Assembly (NCBI GenBank): GCA_963662405.2
Contig: CAXXKT010000001.1
Span: 1,120,001-1,184,000, forward strand
Direction of reading: 5' to 3'
From: Syntrophales bacterium
Lineage (GTDB): Bacteria; Desulfobacterota; Syntrophia; Syntrophales; UBA2210
DNA: 64,000 nt
Part shown: piece by piece, positions 18,313-28,004 of the stretch
Position numbering within the stretch: position 1 is the stretch's first letter
Layout of the letters: every line of letters starts with the position of its first letter
The notes under the pieces: model-generated
The model's input: the letters and a program-made list of their open reading frames with translations, nothing else
Databases searched by the model: none
What the model was told of the DNA's origin: nothing
Made by a program: the position numbers and the translations under genes

Positions 18313-19299
18313 TTATTGCACCACCCTGAGCATTGCCCGGACCCAGGTAAGCCCTCCCCCCACCAGGGCCAGCGCGATATGGTCGCCGGGACGCAGTTCA
18401 TCCCAGTGCTGGCTCAGCGTGCTGGGTGCCCCCGAACACCCGGCGTTGCCGTGCTCCACGATATTGTACCAGTGATTTTCTTCGGATATCCCGCACCGTT
18501 CGCACGTGGTTTGCAGCATCCCGAAGTTCGCCTGGTGCCCGATGAATTTGAATCTCCCCCCATCCACCGGGTACATCTCCTGTAATTCCCTGACTAGTTG
18601 TGTCGTCCTGCGTATCGCGAACCCCTGGACGGCGCTCCCCTCCTGGTCAAAGTGTCCGACGCGGGGGACGCGGACCTTGTCCCATGAAGAGGGACTCGAA
18701 TCGCAGAAGAAGGCCTCGCAGACTATCCGCGAGGGGACGGAGGCGGAGACGACGGCGGCACTGGTCCCGTCACCGAAGAGGGGCGCGGCCCGCCGGTCCG
18801 AATAATCGATGACCTTGGTCACATTTTCCGGCTGGACAATCAGGACATAGGGCGGAAGCGTTTCCGGCCTCATGTCGGAAAGAAACTTCAGCTGCATCCC
18901 GAAGGTAGAGCAGGCGGAATTCAGGTCGAAGCAGGGGACGTCGATCCCGATCTTCCCCGCTACCGTGGCTGCCTCCGCCGGGGTTATATAGTCGGACGCC
19001 GAACCGCCGGATATCACCATCCCGATATCTGCAGCTCTGAGCCCCGCCCTCTCGAGCGCGTGCTGCGCCGCGAGCGCTCCCGTCTGGGCGTTCGTATACA
19101 GCGCAGCCTCCGTGGCGGCCCGGAGATCCCTGTTCTTTGTTGCCTTGATATAATCCAAAGGGAGACCCGTCCGGCGGGTACGGATGCCGACCCGCTCAAG
19201 GATCCATTCCTCGCTGCTCCCGATGTCCAGTTCCTCCAGGAACCGGTTTGTGATCACATTCTCCGGGTGAAAGTGTCCCAACCCATGAAGATACAGCAT
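18313..19299 (-). CDS. fabH: Ketoacyl-ACP synthase III (FabH-like)
   Basis: WILERVGIRTR; Cys-His-Asn triad in SACSTF, HQAN and HGNAG; LFGDG and GGGLTW. Confidence 0.85.
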   Translation of the reverse strand: MLYLHGLGHFHPENVITNRFLEELDIGSSEEWILERVGIRTRRTGLPLDYIKATKNRDLRAATEAALYTNAQTGALAAQHALERAGLRAADIGMVISGGSASDYITPAEAATVAGKIGIDVPCFDLNSACSTFGMQLKFLSDMRPETLPPYVLIVQPENVTKVIDYSDRRAAPLFGDGTSAAVVSASVPSRIVCEAFFCDSSPSSWDKVRVPRVGHFDQEGSAVQGFAIRRTTQLVRELQEMYPVDGGRFKFIGHQANFGMLQTTCERCGISEENHWYNIVEHGNAGCSGAPSTLSQHWDELRPGDHIALALVGGGLTWVRAMLRVVQ

Positions 19300-19301
19300 C
19301 C

Positions 19302-20501
19302 CTATACCAGCTCCCGTCCGATGATCATGTCCTGCACCTCTCTGACGCCCTCATAGATATCAATGATATGGGCGTCCCGTGCCAGCTTGGAGATCTCGTA
19401 CTCCGCCATGAACCCGTACCCACCGTGCAGGTGAAGGCCCTCCGTGGCGCAGAAGAGGGCCGCCTCCGCGGCGACGTTTTTAGCCAGGGAGGCGTATACA
19501 CCCCGATCGTCCGCCCCTTCCTGGACCTTGGCCGCCGCCTTCATCAGGGCGAGGTCCGCCAGCTCGACCCGCTTCCACATCGCCACCAGGGCGTCGCGCG
19601 CCACCGGCATGTCGGAGATCCTCTGCCCGAACTGTTTGCGTTCCTTCGTGTATTCCAACGTAATATCAAAGGCGCGTTTTGCGAGGCCGACACCGATCGC
19701 CGCTACCATGGGGCGCGCGTAATCGAGAACATCCACGGCGTATTTGAAGCCGAGCCGTCGGTTCCCGATGATCTGATAGTCCTCGATGACGACATCTTCG
19801 AAGGTCACCGTCGCCGTATTCGAGAGACGCTGTCCGAGCTTGTCCTCGGGTTTTCCCGTCGTGATCGTGCCTCCCCCCGGGAGGGATATCACCCTCCCCC
19901 CCGTGGGTTGGGCGGTGATATCGGCCTCGGAAATCATACTGTACGGTATGATGACACAGGCCATCATCAGGCCCTTGGGACTTCCCGTCTTGCAGAAAAC
20001 GGTAAATTGGGAGGCATGCGAGGCATTGGTGATAAAACACTTCTCGCCGTTGAGGATATATTTTCCGTTGTCTCCCTTGCGTATGAAGGTTGTCATGGCG
20101 GAATTGTCGGAACCCGCCCCGGGTTCCGTCAGACAGAAGGCCGCAATAATGGGGGCCTCGACAAAGGGCGTAAGGAAGGCCTTTTTCTGCTCATCCGTCC
20201 CGTGCTGCGTGATCACCACATTGGCAAGATCATTACACATCGTTGATGTAGAGATGCCGGTGTCGCCGTAGGACAGATCCCTGACGATCAGGGCAGATGA
20301 GATGATATCCACCTCAAACCCCTTCACCGATTCGGGAACGGAGAGATTCATCAGCCCCATCTCCCACGCCTTTTCGATAAGATCTGCAGGGAAGACATGC
20401 CCTTGCTCCCGGTCCATAATATCGGGAGTTATTTCATTTTTGACGAATTTCCGGACCGTTTCCACGTATATCTTCTGGTCGTCGGTAAGATTGAAATCCA
20501 T
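19302..20501 (-). CDS. Acyl-CoA (possibly acyl-ACP) dehydrogenase
   Basis: FCLTEPGAGSD, LNGEKCFITNA, ERKQFG, LHGGYG and IYEG (catalytic Glu); embedded in the fab operon. Confidence 0.92.
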   Translation of the reverse strand: MDFNLTDDQKIYVETVRKFVKNEITPDIMDREQGHVFPADLIEKAWEMGLMNLSVPESVKGFEVDIISSALIVRDLSYGDTGISTSTMCNDLANVVITQHGTDEQKKAFLTPFVEAPIIAAFCLTEPGAGSDNSAMTTFIRKGDNGKYILNGEKCFITNASHASQFTVFCKTGSPKGLMMACVIIPYSMISEADITAQPTGGRVISLPGGGTITTGKPEDKLGQRLSNTATVTFEDVVIEDYQIIGNRRLGFKYAVDVLDYARPMVAAIGVGLAKRAFDITLEYTKERKQFGQRISDMPVARDALVAMWKRVELADLALMKAAAKVQEGADDRGVYASLAKNVAAEAALFCATEGLHLHGGYGFMAEYEISKLARDAHIIDIYEGVREVQDMIIGRELV

Positions 20502-20599
20502 GATATGCTTATTCTCCTGAGCAATAGGGGCTCTTTACAGAAACCGATCCGCTTGAGGCGCACCCTTCTCCTGCGGACCAATGTGGCAGCGGCTTCTTG

Positions 20600-21565
20600 T
20601 CATGGTTGTTTTTGATCGATGCCGGCCTTTTGAAAGACCCTCTGGGCGCCTGAAAAGGTCGTAATGGACTGACACTCCAACTGCATAGTCTTGAAAAATT
20701 TTCTGAGGGGCCAGCCGGGACCGATCTCGATGACGGAACCGGCGACAGCCGAGAGGGCTTCCATGTTCTTCCTCCACTGGACCGCATGACTCAGCTGTGA
20801 AACCAGCATGTCAATAATCTCTTTACTGCTGTTCGCGTGGAAGTAACCGGTCACATTTGCCGTCACCCGCGTCGCACCGTCGGGCTGCAGTCGCTCCACG
20901 ACCCCGCACAATACTTCCCGAAATCGCCCCTCGATTGTTTTCATAAAGCGACTGTGGAAGGGGGCGCTGACATTCAGACGGACGAAACGAAACGATGTAT
21001 TATCAATGAATACAGCCCTTATCTTCTGTTCCGCTTCGGAGATTGCCTGTGCCTCACCGCTGATAACGATCTGATTGGTTGAGTTGTCGTTTGCCAGATC
21101 GATCGGGGACCCCTCCAGCGCCTCAAGGAGCCCGTCTGCATCCAGATCATCCGCGATAACGGCCGCCATCGCCCCCATCCCGACCGGTGTCGCCTCCTGC
21201 ATGAGGCGGCCCCGTGTCTGGACCGTCTTCAGGGCATCGGGGAAGGGGAATACCCCCGCGGCGACCAGGGCGGTATATTCGCCGAGGCTGTGCCCCCCGA
21301 AATATGAGGGGCTGAAGTCATAGAGCGACTGAAGTCCCCGAAACATGGCTATTTCGGTCGCCAGGATACAGGGCTGGGAGTATTCAGTCAGATTCAGCCG
21401 TTCGTCTTCCTCGAAACACCTGGCGATCACATCCCATCCCAGGGCGTCGGAGGCCTCATGGTAGGTGTCCCGGCTTACCGGGATTGCATCGTAGAAATCC
21501 TTTCCCATCCCGGGGCGCTGTGAGCCTTGGCCCGGAAAAACGACTGCGGTGTTCCGATCATCCAT
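20600..21565 (-). CDS. fabD: Malonyl-CoA:ACP transacylase
   Basis: FPGQGSQ, GHSLGEY, RG.LMQ and LNVSAPFHS. Confidence 0.93.
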   Translation of the reverse strand: MDDRNTAVVFPGQGSQRPGMGKDFYDAIPVSRDTYHEASDALGWDVIARCFEEDERLNLTEYSQPCILATEIAMFRGLQSLYDFSPSYFGGHSLGEYTALVAAGVFPFPDALKTVQTRGRLMQEATPVGMGAMAAVIADDLDADGLLEALEGSPIDLANDNSTNQIVISGEAQAISEAEQKIRAVFIDNTSFRFVRLNVSAPFHSRFMKTIEGRFREVLCGVVERLQPDGATRVTANVTGYFHANSSKEIIDMLVSQLSHAVQWRKNMEALSAVAGSVIEIGPGWPLRKFFKTMQLECQSITTFSGAQRVFQKAGIDQKQP

Positions 21566-21613
21566 TCTCGCTTTTCACTTCCTTCCCGTGACATGCTGTA
21601 TCCGCATCACCTA

Positions 21614-21629
21614 CGCATATTACATGCCA
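21614..21629 (-). promoter_or_regulatory. Sigma54 (-24/-12) promoter of the fab-like operon
   Basis: Minus strand TGGCATGTAATATGCG (GG-N10-GC), about 50 nt upstream of the fabD ATG. Confidence 0.7.
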
Positions 21630-22160
21630 TCTGCTCACCCCCTGTCGCATATCGAACCAGGGGACTGTAATTCTTTCCAAATCCGCGATTTGTGCCATCC
21701 ATCCGGAGAAGCAGGCAGAAGAGATTGGGTGCGTAACACCCTTCGCGGTCAGTAACGGATTACACAGTCGCATGCCATGCCGTCGCTCCGGTGCGGATTG
21801 TCATTACAATCCCGATGTCCGTTGATCCATACCCTGTCATTCTGTTGCTCCGTAACTTGCCACACAGCGCATTCTCTGGTATCATCCGCGCACTTTTGGT
21901 AATATCGGAATTGGGCACGTCAGTGCCATGCCAGAAACCAAGCCGCGCTTTCATCACAATGGGCGAAATGCACAAAACCGTTTTTCAGTCGTTCTGTTTT
22001 TTCGGTCGAAAAAGGCGATTACGCCATAAAATCATTTTGCTGAGCACCAATGGCCTTTCAGGTAATTTGAGAATGCTTGTGCGAAAAAAAAGAAGTCGTC
22101 AGGTTGACTGAATGGCAATCTCGTAACTCGTGCTCGGGCTTACATAATGGAGAGCCTATC

Positions 22161-24320
22161 ATGGGTCAGGAGTTGAGCGAAGGGCTTACGAACAGAGTAA
22201 ACATCGTGCAGGACAACGCACGAAACGAACAGAGGTTGGAAGCAGCGTCAGATCTCTCGCAGAATGAAGAGAGAGTTCTTTTTGAGGCCTTACCCGTTGG
22301 CTTTTGCATCATCCATAACGGCCGATTCAACTATGTCAATTCTTGGTTGTCTCATATGTTAGGATACGAGCACTCCGGACAATTGATCGGAAAATCATTC
22401 CTCGATATCATTTACCCTTACGACAGAGATCGGGTTGCACGTGTAATGCAAAAAGGGAAGGATCACAATGCCCCAGAGCAAGGTATCTGCCGTGTACTCA
22501 AAAAAGACGGATCTGTTATCTGGGGAAGTCTAGGCGGACGAAGCATGATTCATAACGGAAAATATTCATATGCGGGATATATAACCGAAGTCACCATTTT
22601 GAGAGAAATGGAAGAATCTTTGAAAAAATATAAGACCGTGATCAATGAAATTGAAGACAGTATTGGCGAAACAGACATCAAGGGAAATCTACTTTTTATC
22701 AACGATGCCGTATGCAGACTCCGGGGATATACAAGGGAAGAAATGATCGGCAGAAATTATACCTCCTTCATTGACAAAGAAGGGGCAAAACGCTTACGAA
22801 AAGCCTTTAATACCGTGTATAAAACGGGGATTCCCGGCCGATATGTTCATGAAGTGATACTGAAAGACGGTACGCGTAGGATCGCTGAAGATTCCATCTC
22901 TTTGATCCGAGATGCGGACGGAACCACCACAGGGTTTCGATCGGTACAACGCGATGTAACCGACCGTGAGGAAGCAGGGACAAAGCTGATTGAACAACGC
23001 GCCCGTCTTGAGGCCATATTCAGAAGCGTACAAGATGCTATTATCACCGTAACCCCAGATTTGCGGGTCATTGCGGCCAATACCGCAACGGAGAACATCT
23101 GCGGGATCAAGGTGGAAGAGATCGAGGGAAAGCTATTTCCGCACTGTCTGAACCAGTGTAGTCGATCGTGCTGTGAGGTTTTGCGGCAGACCCTTGAAAA
23201 GAAAATACCCATTCAAGAATATCATATCGAATGCAATTCCCAAAGACGCCATCACCAGGTCGCAAGTGTGAGCAGTTCTCCACTTCTGGATCCGGAGGGC
23301 AGGTTTATGGGGGCCGTCCTGGTGATCCGAGATATTACCCTGCTCAGAAATCTGGAGCGGGAGTTGCACGAGAGACATCAATTTCAAAATATCATCGGCA
23401 AAAGTCAGAAGATGCAGGACATCTACCGGCTCTTAGAAGACTTGGCCAGCCTGGAGACCACGGTTTTAGTCACGGGAGAAAGTGGAACAGGAAAGGAAGT
23501 CATCGCCAAGGCGCTTCACTACAGCGGTCATCGCGCCGGCAAGCCGTTCGTCAAGGTAAGCTGTTCGGCACTGGCGGAAAACCTCTTGGAAAGCGAACTG
23601 TTCGGTCATGTCAAAGGGGCGTTTACAGGGGCCATTCATGACAAGCAGGGACGATTCCAGGCGGCTGATGGTGGAACAATCCTGCTGGACGAGATTGGTG
23701 ACGTTTCACCTCTCATCCAGCTCAAGCTTTTACGGGTTTTGCAGGATAAGGAATTTGAGCGAGTGGGGGAGACCATCACACGGAAGGTTGATGTCCGTGT
23801 GATTGCATGCACCAACAAAAACCTCAAAGAAAAAGTGAAAAATGGGGAATTCCGAGAAGACCTGTACTATCGTTTGAAAGTAGTTGAAATTCCTCTCCCT
23901 CGACTCCGCGAAAGGCTCAAAGACGTACCGTTGCTTGTCGATCACTTCTGCCGCATCTTTAATAAGAGTTTTCATAAAAAGATCGATGGGGTATCCAGTG
24001 ATGTCCTCGCTTGCTTCATGAATTATCCCTGGCCGGGGAATGTGCGGGAGCTTGAACATGCTGTCGAATGTGCGTTCGTGCTCTGCCACGAGAGGGTTAT
24101 CACCCTTGATCACTTGCCCCCGGAAATCAAAAACTACAAGGGGCCGACGCGGGCCACTGTCCCTGACATTCACTTGGAAAAGCGGGAAGAAGCCCGGAAT
24201 ATTCTGGATGCTCTCAACGAAACGTTGTGGAACAAGACTAAGGCTGCGCACCTACTTGGTATAAGTCGGCAGACGCTATATCGGAAAATTTACGCATATG
24301 AAATTATGAGCAAGGTGTAA
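22161..24320 (+). CDS. Sigma54-dependent enhancer-binding protein with three PAS domains and Fis-type HTH
   Basis: PAS repeats; GESGTGKE, ESELFGHVKGAFTGA, LLDEIG, FREDLYYRL, WPGNVREL and LGISRQTLYRK. Confidence 0.93.
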   Translation: MGQELSEGLTNRVNIVQDNARNEQRLEAASDLSQNEERVLFEALPVGFCIIHNGRFNYVNSWLSHMLGYEHSGQLIGKSFLDIIYPYDRDRVARVMQKGKDHNAPEQGICRVLKKDGSVIWGSLGGRSMIHNGKYSYAGYITEVTILREMEESLKKYKTVINEIEDSIGETDIKGNLLFINDAVCRLRGYTREEMIGRNYTSFIDKEGAKRLRKAFNTVYKTGIPGRYVHEVILKDGTRRIAEDSISLIRDADGTTTGFRSVQRDVTDREEAGTKLIEQRARLEAIFRSVQDAIITVTPDLRVIAANTATENICGIKVEEIEGKLFPHCLNQCSRSCCEVLRQTLEKKIPIQEYHIECNSQRRHHQVASVSSSPLLDPEGRFMGAVLVIRDITLLRNLERELHERHQFQNIIGKSQKMQDIYRLLEDLASLETTVLVTGESGTGKEVIAKALHYSGHRAGKPFVKVSCSALAENLLESELFGHVKGAFTGAIHDKQGRFQAADGGTILLDEIGDVSPLIQLKLLRVLQDKEFERVGETITRKVDVRVIACTNKNLKEKVKNGEFREDLYYRLKVVEIPLPRLRERLKDVPLLVDHFCRIFNKSFHKKIDGVSSDVLACFMNYPWPGNVRELEHAVECAFVLCHERVITLDHLPPEIKNYKGPTRATVPDIHLEKREEARNILDALNETLWNKTKAAHLLGISRQTLYRKIYAYEIMSKV

Positions 24321-24461
24321 CATAAAACGTAACATGTCACATACTGTAAATTTACATAATGTCACATGATCCTTCATTCGGCATTTTCTAATGTATCTGT
24401 AGCATACCCTAAGAAACTGGATTAAATTCATTTTTTTCAACCCATTTACCTGTCCTGCGCG

Positions 24462-24477
24462 CGGCATGTATCTTGCG
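24462..24477 (+). promoter_or_regulatory. Sigma54 (-24/-12) promoter of the solute-binding protein gene
   Basis: CGGCATGTATCTTGCG (GG-N10-GC with TTGC). Confidence 0.75.
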
Positions 24478-24565
24478 CAGCCTGCTTGTTAGCCATATTT
24501 GATCCCGTTACAAAAGGGGCAGGGTAATCATGAAAAAGTATGCAATCGGAAAAGGAGGAAAGGCA

Positions 24566-25936
24566 ATGGGAAAAAACTTGAAATTTAGTCTGTTTGCTGT
24601 GGCAACGCTCGTACTAACGCTTTGCTTCCCAGCCGGGATGAGCGCCGCCCCGTCAGGGGAGCCAATCGTGATCGGGTATGCCGGTATGGTGCTCTCGCCG
24701 GGGACGAGACCCTCTATGGCCATCCAGAAGATAGCGGTCCAGGAAATCAACGATGCGGGCGGGGTGCTCGGGCACCCGCTGAAGTACGTAATCGCCGACA
24801 ACAAAGGAGCCACCTCCCTGACGGTGGAGGGCTGCCGGCGTCTGCTCCTCGAGGAAAAGGCGAAGTTCATCTTTGTAGAGGGAAGAACGGAGATTGGTCT
24901 CGCCGCCCAGGAAAACGCGGCGGCCATGTTCAAGGACTACCCGCACATAATGATCTTCAATGGGGCCATGGGAAGAGAACTGACCGACCGCGTAGCCGAT
25001 GAATACGAAAAGTACAAATTCTGCTTCCGCGACTTCGATCCAGAGGCGGGTCACTATGCCCAGAGAAGGTATTTCTCAGAACACATATATCCCAGGATGA
25101 TGCCAGGCTTCAAAAAGGTGGCGATTCTATGGGAAGACCTCGAGTGGACCAAGTTATTCCGAGAGGGGGACCCGTCCTTGGGATTGCCTGGCTGGGAAGA
25201 AATGATGGAGAAAGATTATGGGTACGATATTGTCTACAGCAAGAATGTCAAGCCGCGGGGAACAATGTACCTGCCCCTCTTCCAGCAGGTCGCCATGGAA
25301 AAAGCCGATTTTCTCTTCTACGTTACGTCCTGGTTTACCGACACGGAATCCTTCGCCAAGCAGTGGACCGATTCGGCTGCACGAGATATCCCAACATCTC
25401 TCTATGGGGGTGTTTCACAGACAAGAGATTTTTGGAAACTGACGGGAGGAAAATGTCTCGGCATTGTTAGTAGTTATGCCGATGCTATGCTTCCGGTCAC
25501 GGACAAAACCATTCCCTTCCTCGAGATGACCAAGAAGCACAATATCCCGGGTCAACAGGCTGTTCACATCGCCTATGCAGATATCTACTATATCAAGAAG
25601 GTGATCGAAACCGCCGGGGGTGTGGATGATATCGACAAGTTGATCAAGGCAATGGAGACAACTGAAATTACCTATTCACTCGGGAAGATGGCCTACGAGA
25701 CTCAGCGAATCAAACCCTTTTTCCATTCAAGAAAAAGGGTTGATCCGAACGATCCTCAGCATAAAAGCTATCCCGGCATGTTTTTCCAAGCGATGGCGCA
25801 ATATCAGAAGAACGGGGAGATGGGATATCTGGGAGGTTCCTGCAAGGAAAATGAGGAGCTTGCCCAAAACGCCGGCATGGGAAAACCGGAAAATTACGTT
25901 TATCCGGCCGAACTGAGAAAGAGGGAAAAGAAATAA
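24566..25936 (+). CDS. Periplasmic binding protein type 1 (LivJ/HAAT-like), orphan
   Basis: Signal peptide; 'PIVIG...AVQEINDAGGVLGHPL...D' N-terminal signature; AAGGAGG RBS. No permease genes adjacent. Confidence 0.85.
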   Translation: MGKNLKFSLFAVATLVLTLCFPAGMSAAPSGEPIVIGYAGMVLSPGTRPSMAIQKIAVQEINDAGGVLGHPLKYVIADNKGATSLTVEGCRRLLLEEKAKFIFVEGRTEIGLAAQENAAAMFKDYPHIMIFNGAMGRELTDRVADEYEKYKFCFRDFDPEAGHYAQRRYFSEHIYPRMMPGFKKVAILWEDLEWTKLFREGDPSLGLPGWEEMMEKDYGYDIVYSKNVKPRGTMYLPLFQQVAMEKADFLFYVTSWFTDTESFAKQWTDSAARDIPTSLYGGVSQTRDFWKLTGGKCLGIVSSYADAMLPVTDKTIPFLEMTKKHNIPGQQAVHIAYADIYYIKKVIETAGGVDDIDKLIKAMETTEITYSLGKMAYETQRIKPFFHSRKRVDPNDPQHKSYPGMFFQAMAQYQKNGEMGYLGGSCKENEELAQNAGMGKPENYVYPAELRKREKK

Positions 25937-25946
25937 TACCCCCCAG

Positions 25947-25989
25947 TGAAAGGCGGATCTCGCTGCAATATGGTGAGATCCGCCTTTCA
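25947..25989 (+). terminator. Stem-loop after the binding-protein gene
   Basis: TGAAAGGCGGATCTCGC...GTGAGATCCGCCTTTCA. Confidence 0.65.
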
Positions 25990-26343
25990 ACCATCCCGCC
26001 TTTCGAATCCGCTTCCGTGAAAACCCTATAACAACACCAGCCAGGACCTTTTATCGATGAATATGTGATTACACTGTCTGCCAAACAGACGAGGTGGCGG
26101 CCCACAATGGTGTACAGCGAAAGAACCGCGTCAACGCGATCTGCCGGACGGCGCTTGAGCCGTCAACGAATCTTTTTCCCGTACAATCGACCGACTTTTT
26201 CGGAAAGATCATTTCACGCAAAATAACACGGCTCCTGTCGTTCTTGTAAAGCCACGGGGTGTATGATAGCATTTCCATGGTAAGATCTTGTGTGGACCTA
26301 TTCACTTGTTGAGCCCTACCGGTGTATCGGAGGAGCACTACAT

Positions 26344-27870
26344 ATGGAGACCTTTGCCTTGGGGGCGATCAGCCTGACGATTGCGGCATCGTTGCTCATA
26401 AAGAAAAACAAATCGCTGCTCCATGTCACTTTCGCCGTTCTCTGCCTGGGACTATTCCTTGAGAAGACCGGGACCTTCTTCGGCGATATTTTCGCCGCCG
26501 ATTTCTGGGCGACTATTCGTGCCTTGGGTTTCCTGATCGTTCCGCCCTTTCTGATTGCCTTCAGCCGGATATTTCTCGGTAACGAAGAGATACCAACACG
26601 TTTGCCGATCTATGCGGGTCTTATCAGCCTGATCATCGCCGTCGCCTATTTCCCCTTCCTCTTTCACTGGCGTTACACCGACATTATCCTATACACCTAC
26701 CTCGGCTTCGCCGTACTCTATTGTTTTGGTACACTCCTGCGCACCGTGTATCACGCCGAAGACGGGATCGCGCGGAAGCGGTTCGCCTATATCGTTGCAG
26801 CATGTGCCGTCTCAGCCCTTGTAAGTATGACGAACATCGTGCATGTCTACCATCCCGGAGTCCCCCTGCTGTCGGATATCGTCCTTGCGGGTTTGATCTA
26901 TTTCATCCTCATCATCATCACCTACCCCAGACTCCCCGAGCTGTATGAAATCATGGTCCGGGCGGCGATCGTTTTTCTCCTGATCATCTTTGCAACGGTC
27001 GTGTTCTATCTTGTACTCGGTATCTTCGGCGGGGACGAGGCAATTCCAGCCTTTACCCTGATCTTCATGTCATCATTTCTCATTGTCATCTTCATAGACC
27101 CCGTAAAACTGATCCTCAAAAGGGCCGGGATGTATTTCTTCCCCGAAGGGAAAGGATCCCTCAACTCGCTTTATACCATCGATGAAGAGGTAGAGCGTGA
27201 AAAATCACTCCTCCTGGAAGAGATGGCGAGTACGCTCGCACACGAGATCCGGAACCCCCTCGGCTCGATTAAGGCCGCAGCTCAATACCTGAAATCTGAC
27301 AGTGAGTCCGAGGAAAACCAGGCGATTTTTGATGTGATTACGGCAGAAATCGATCGCCTGAACAATGTGGTTTCTCGCTTTCTCACCTATGCCAAGCCGG
27401 AGACGATCGAACCGGATACCCGGAGTATCGGGGATATCCTGGAGCGGATCATCGCCCTGATAACGACACGGCATCTCCCCGCAGGGATCGTTGTCAGGCG
27501 AAACATCCCGCAGGATCTTTCCCCGGTCTGGGTTGACGGTGAACAGATAATGCAGGCGATCCTGAATATTGTCCTGAACGCCGTGGAGGCGATGCCGGAC
27601 GGGGGTACCCTCACGCTGTCGGCGCGAGACATCGATGAAGAGGAAAACCCGCGTGTTGAAGTGGTGATCGGTGATACGGGCGAGGGAATCACCAGTACAG
27701 CGATGCGCCGTATTTTTAAACCGTTTTATACCACCAAGGAGAAGGGGACCGGAATTGGCCTCGCCATCTCTCACAAGATCATCAAGGCCCATGGCGGAAC
27801 CATTGCCGTGACCTCCTCCGCGGGGCATGGAGCTGTCTTCCGCATCCGGATACCGGCATATCCGGTATAG
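26344..27870 (+). CDS. Membrane-bound sensor histidine kinase (multi-TM N-terminus)
   Basis: H-box LAHEIRNPL, N-box NIVLNAVEA, DTGEGI, F.PFYTTK and GTGIGL; GGAGGAG RBS. Confidence 0.93.
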   Translation: METFALGAISLTIAASLLIKKNKSLLHVTFAVLCLGLFLEKTGTFFGDIFAADFWATIRALGFLIVPPFLIAFSRIFLGNEEIPTRLPIYAGLISLIIAVAYFPFLFHWRYTDIILYTYLGFAVLYCFGTLLRTVYHAEDGIARKRFAYIVAACAVSALVSMTNIVHVYHPGVPLLSDIVLAGLIYFILIIITYPRLPELYEIMVRAAIVFLLIIFATVVFYLVLGIFGGDEAIPAFTLIFMSSFLIVIFIDPVKLILKRAGMYFFPEGKGSLNSLYTIDEEVEREKSLLLEEMASTLAHEIRNPLGSIKAAAQYLKSDSESEENQAIFDVITAEIDRLNNVVSRFLTYAKPETIEPDTRSIGDILERIIALITTRHLPAGIVVRRNIPQDLSPVWVDGEQIMQAILNIVLNAVEAMPDGGTLTLSARDIDEEENPRVEVVIGDTGEGITSTAMRRIFKPFYTTKEKGTGIGLAISHKIIKAHGGTIAVTSSAGHGAVFRIRIPAYPV

Positions 27871-28004
27871 AGATCGTGATGGTCTCTGGTGAAAAGAAGG
27901 CGTCTGCTCATCAGGAAAAGACTCTTCGGGAGCTTGACAGGGCTCTGTTCCTGTAATAGATTCAACCCTCGATAGAAGGCGGATATGTCACGCGTGAGAC
28001 CCAC

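Noticed and set aside
21905..21935. Additional TGGCA sigma54-like boxes on the minus strand (also at about 21770)
   Set aside because: GG-to-GC spacing is not 10 nt.
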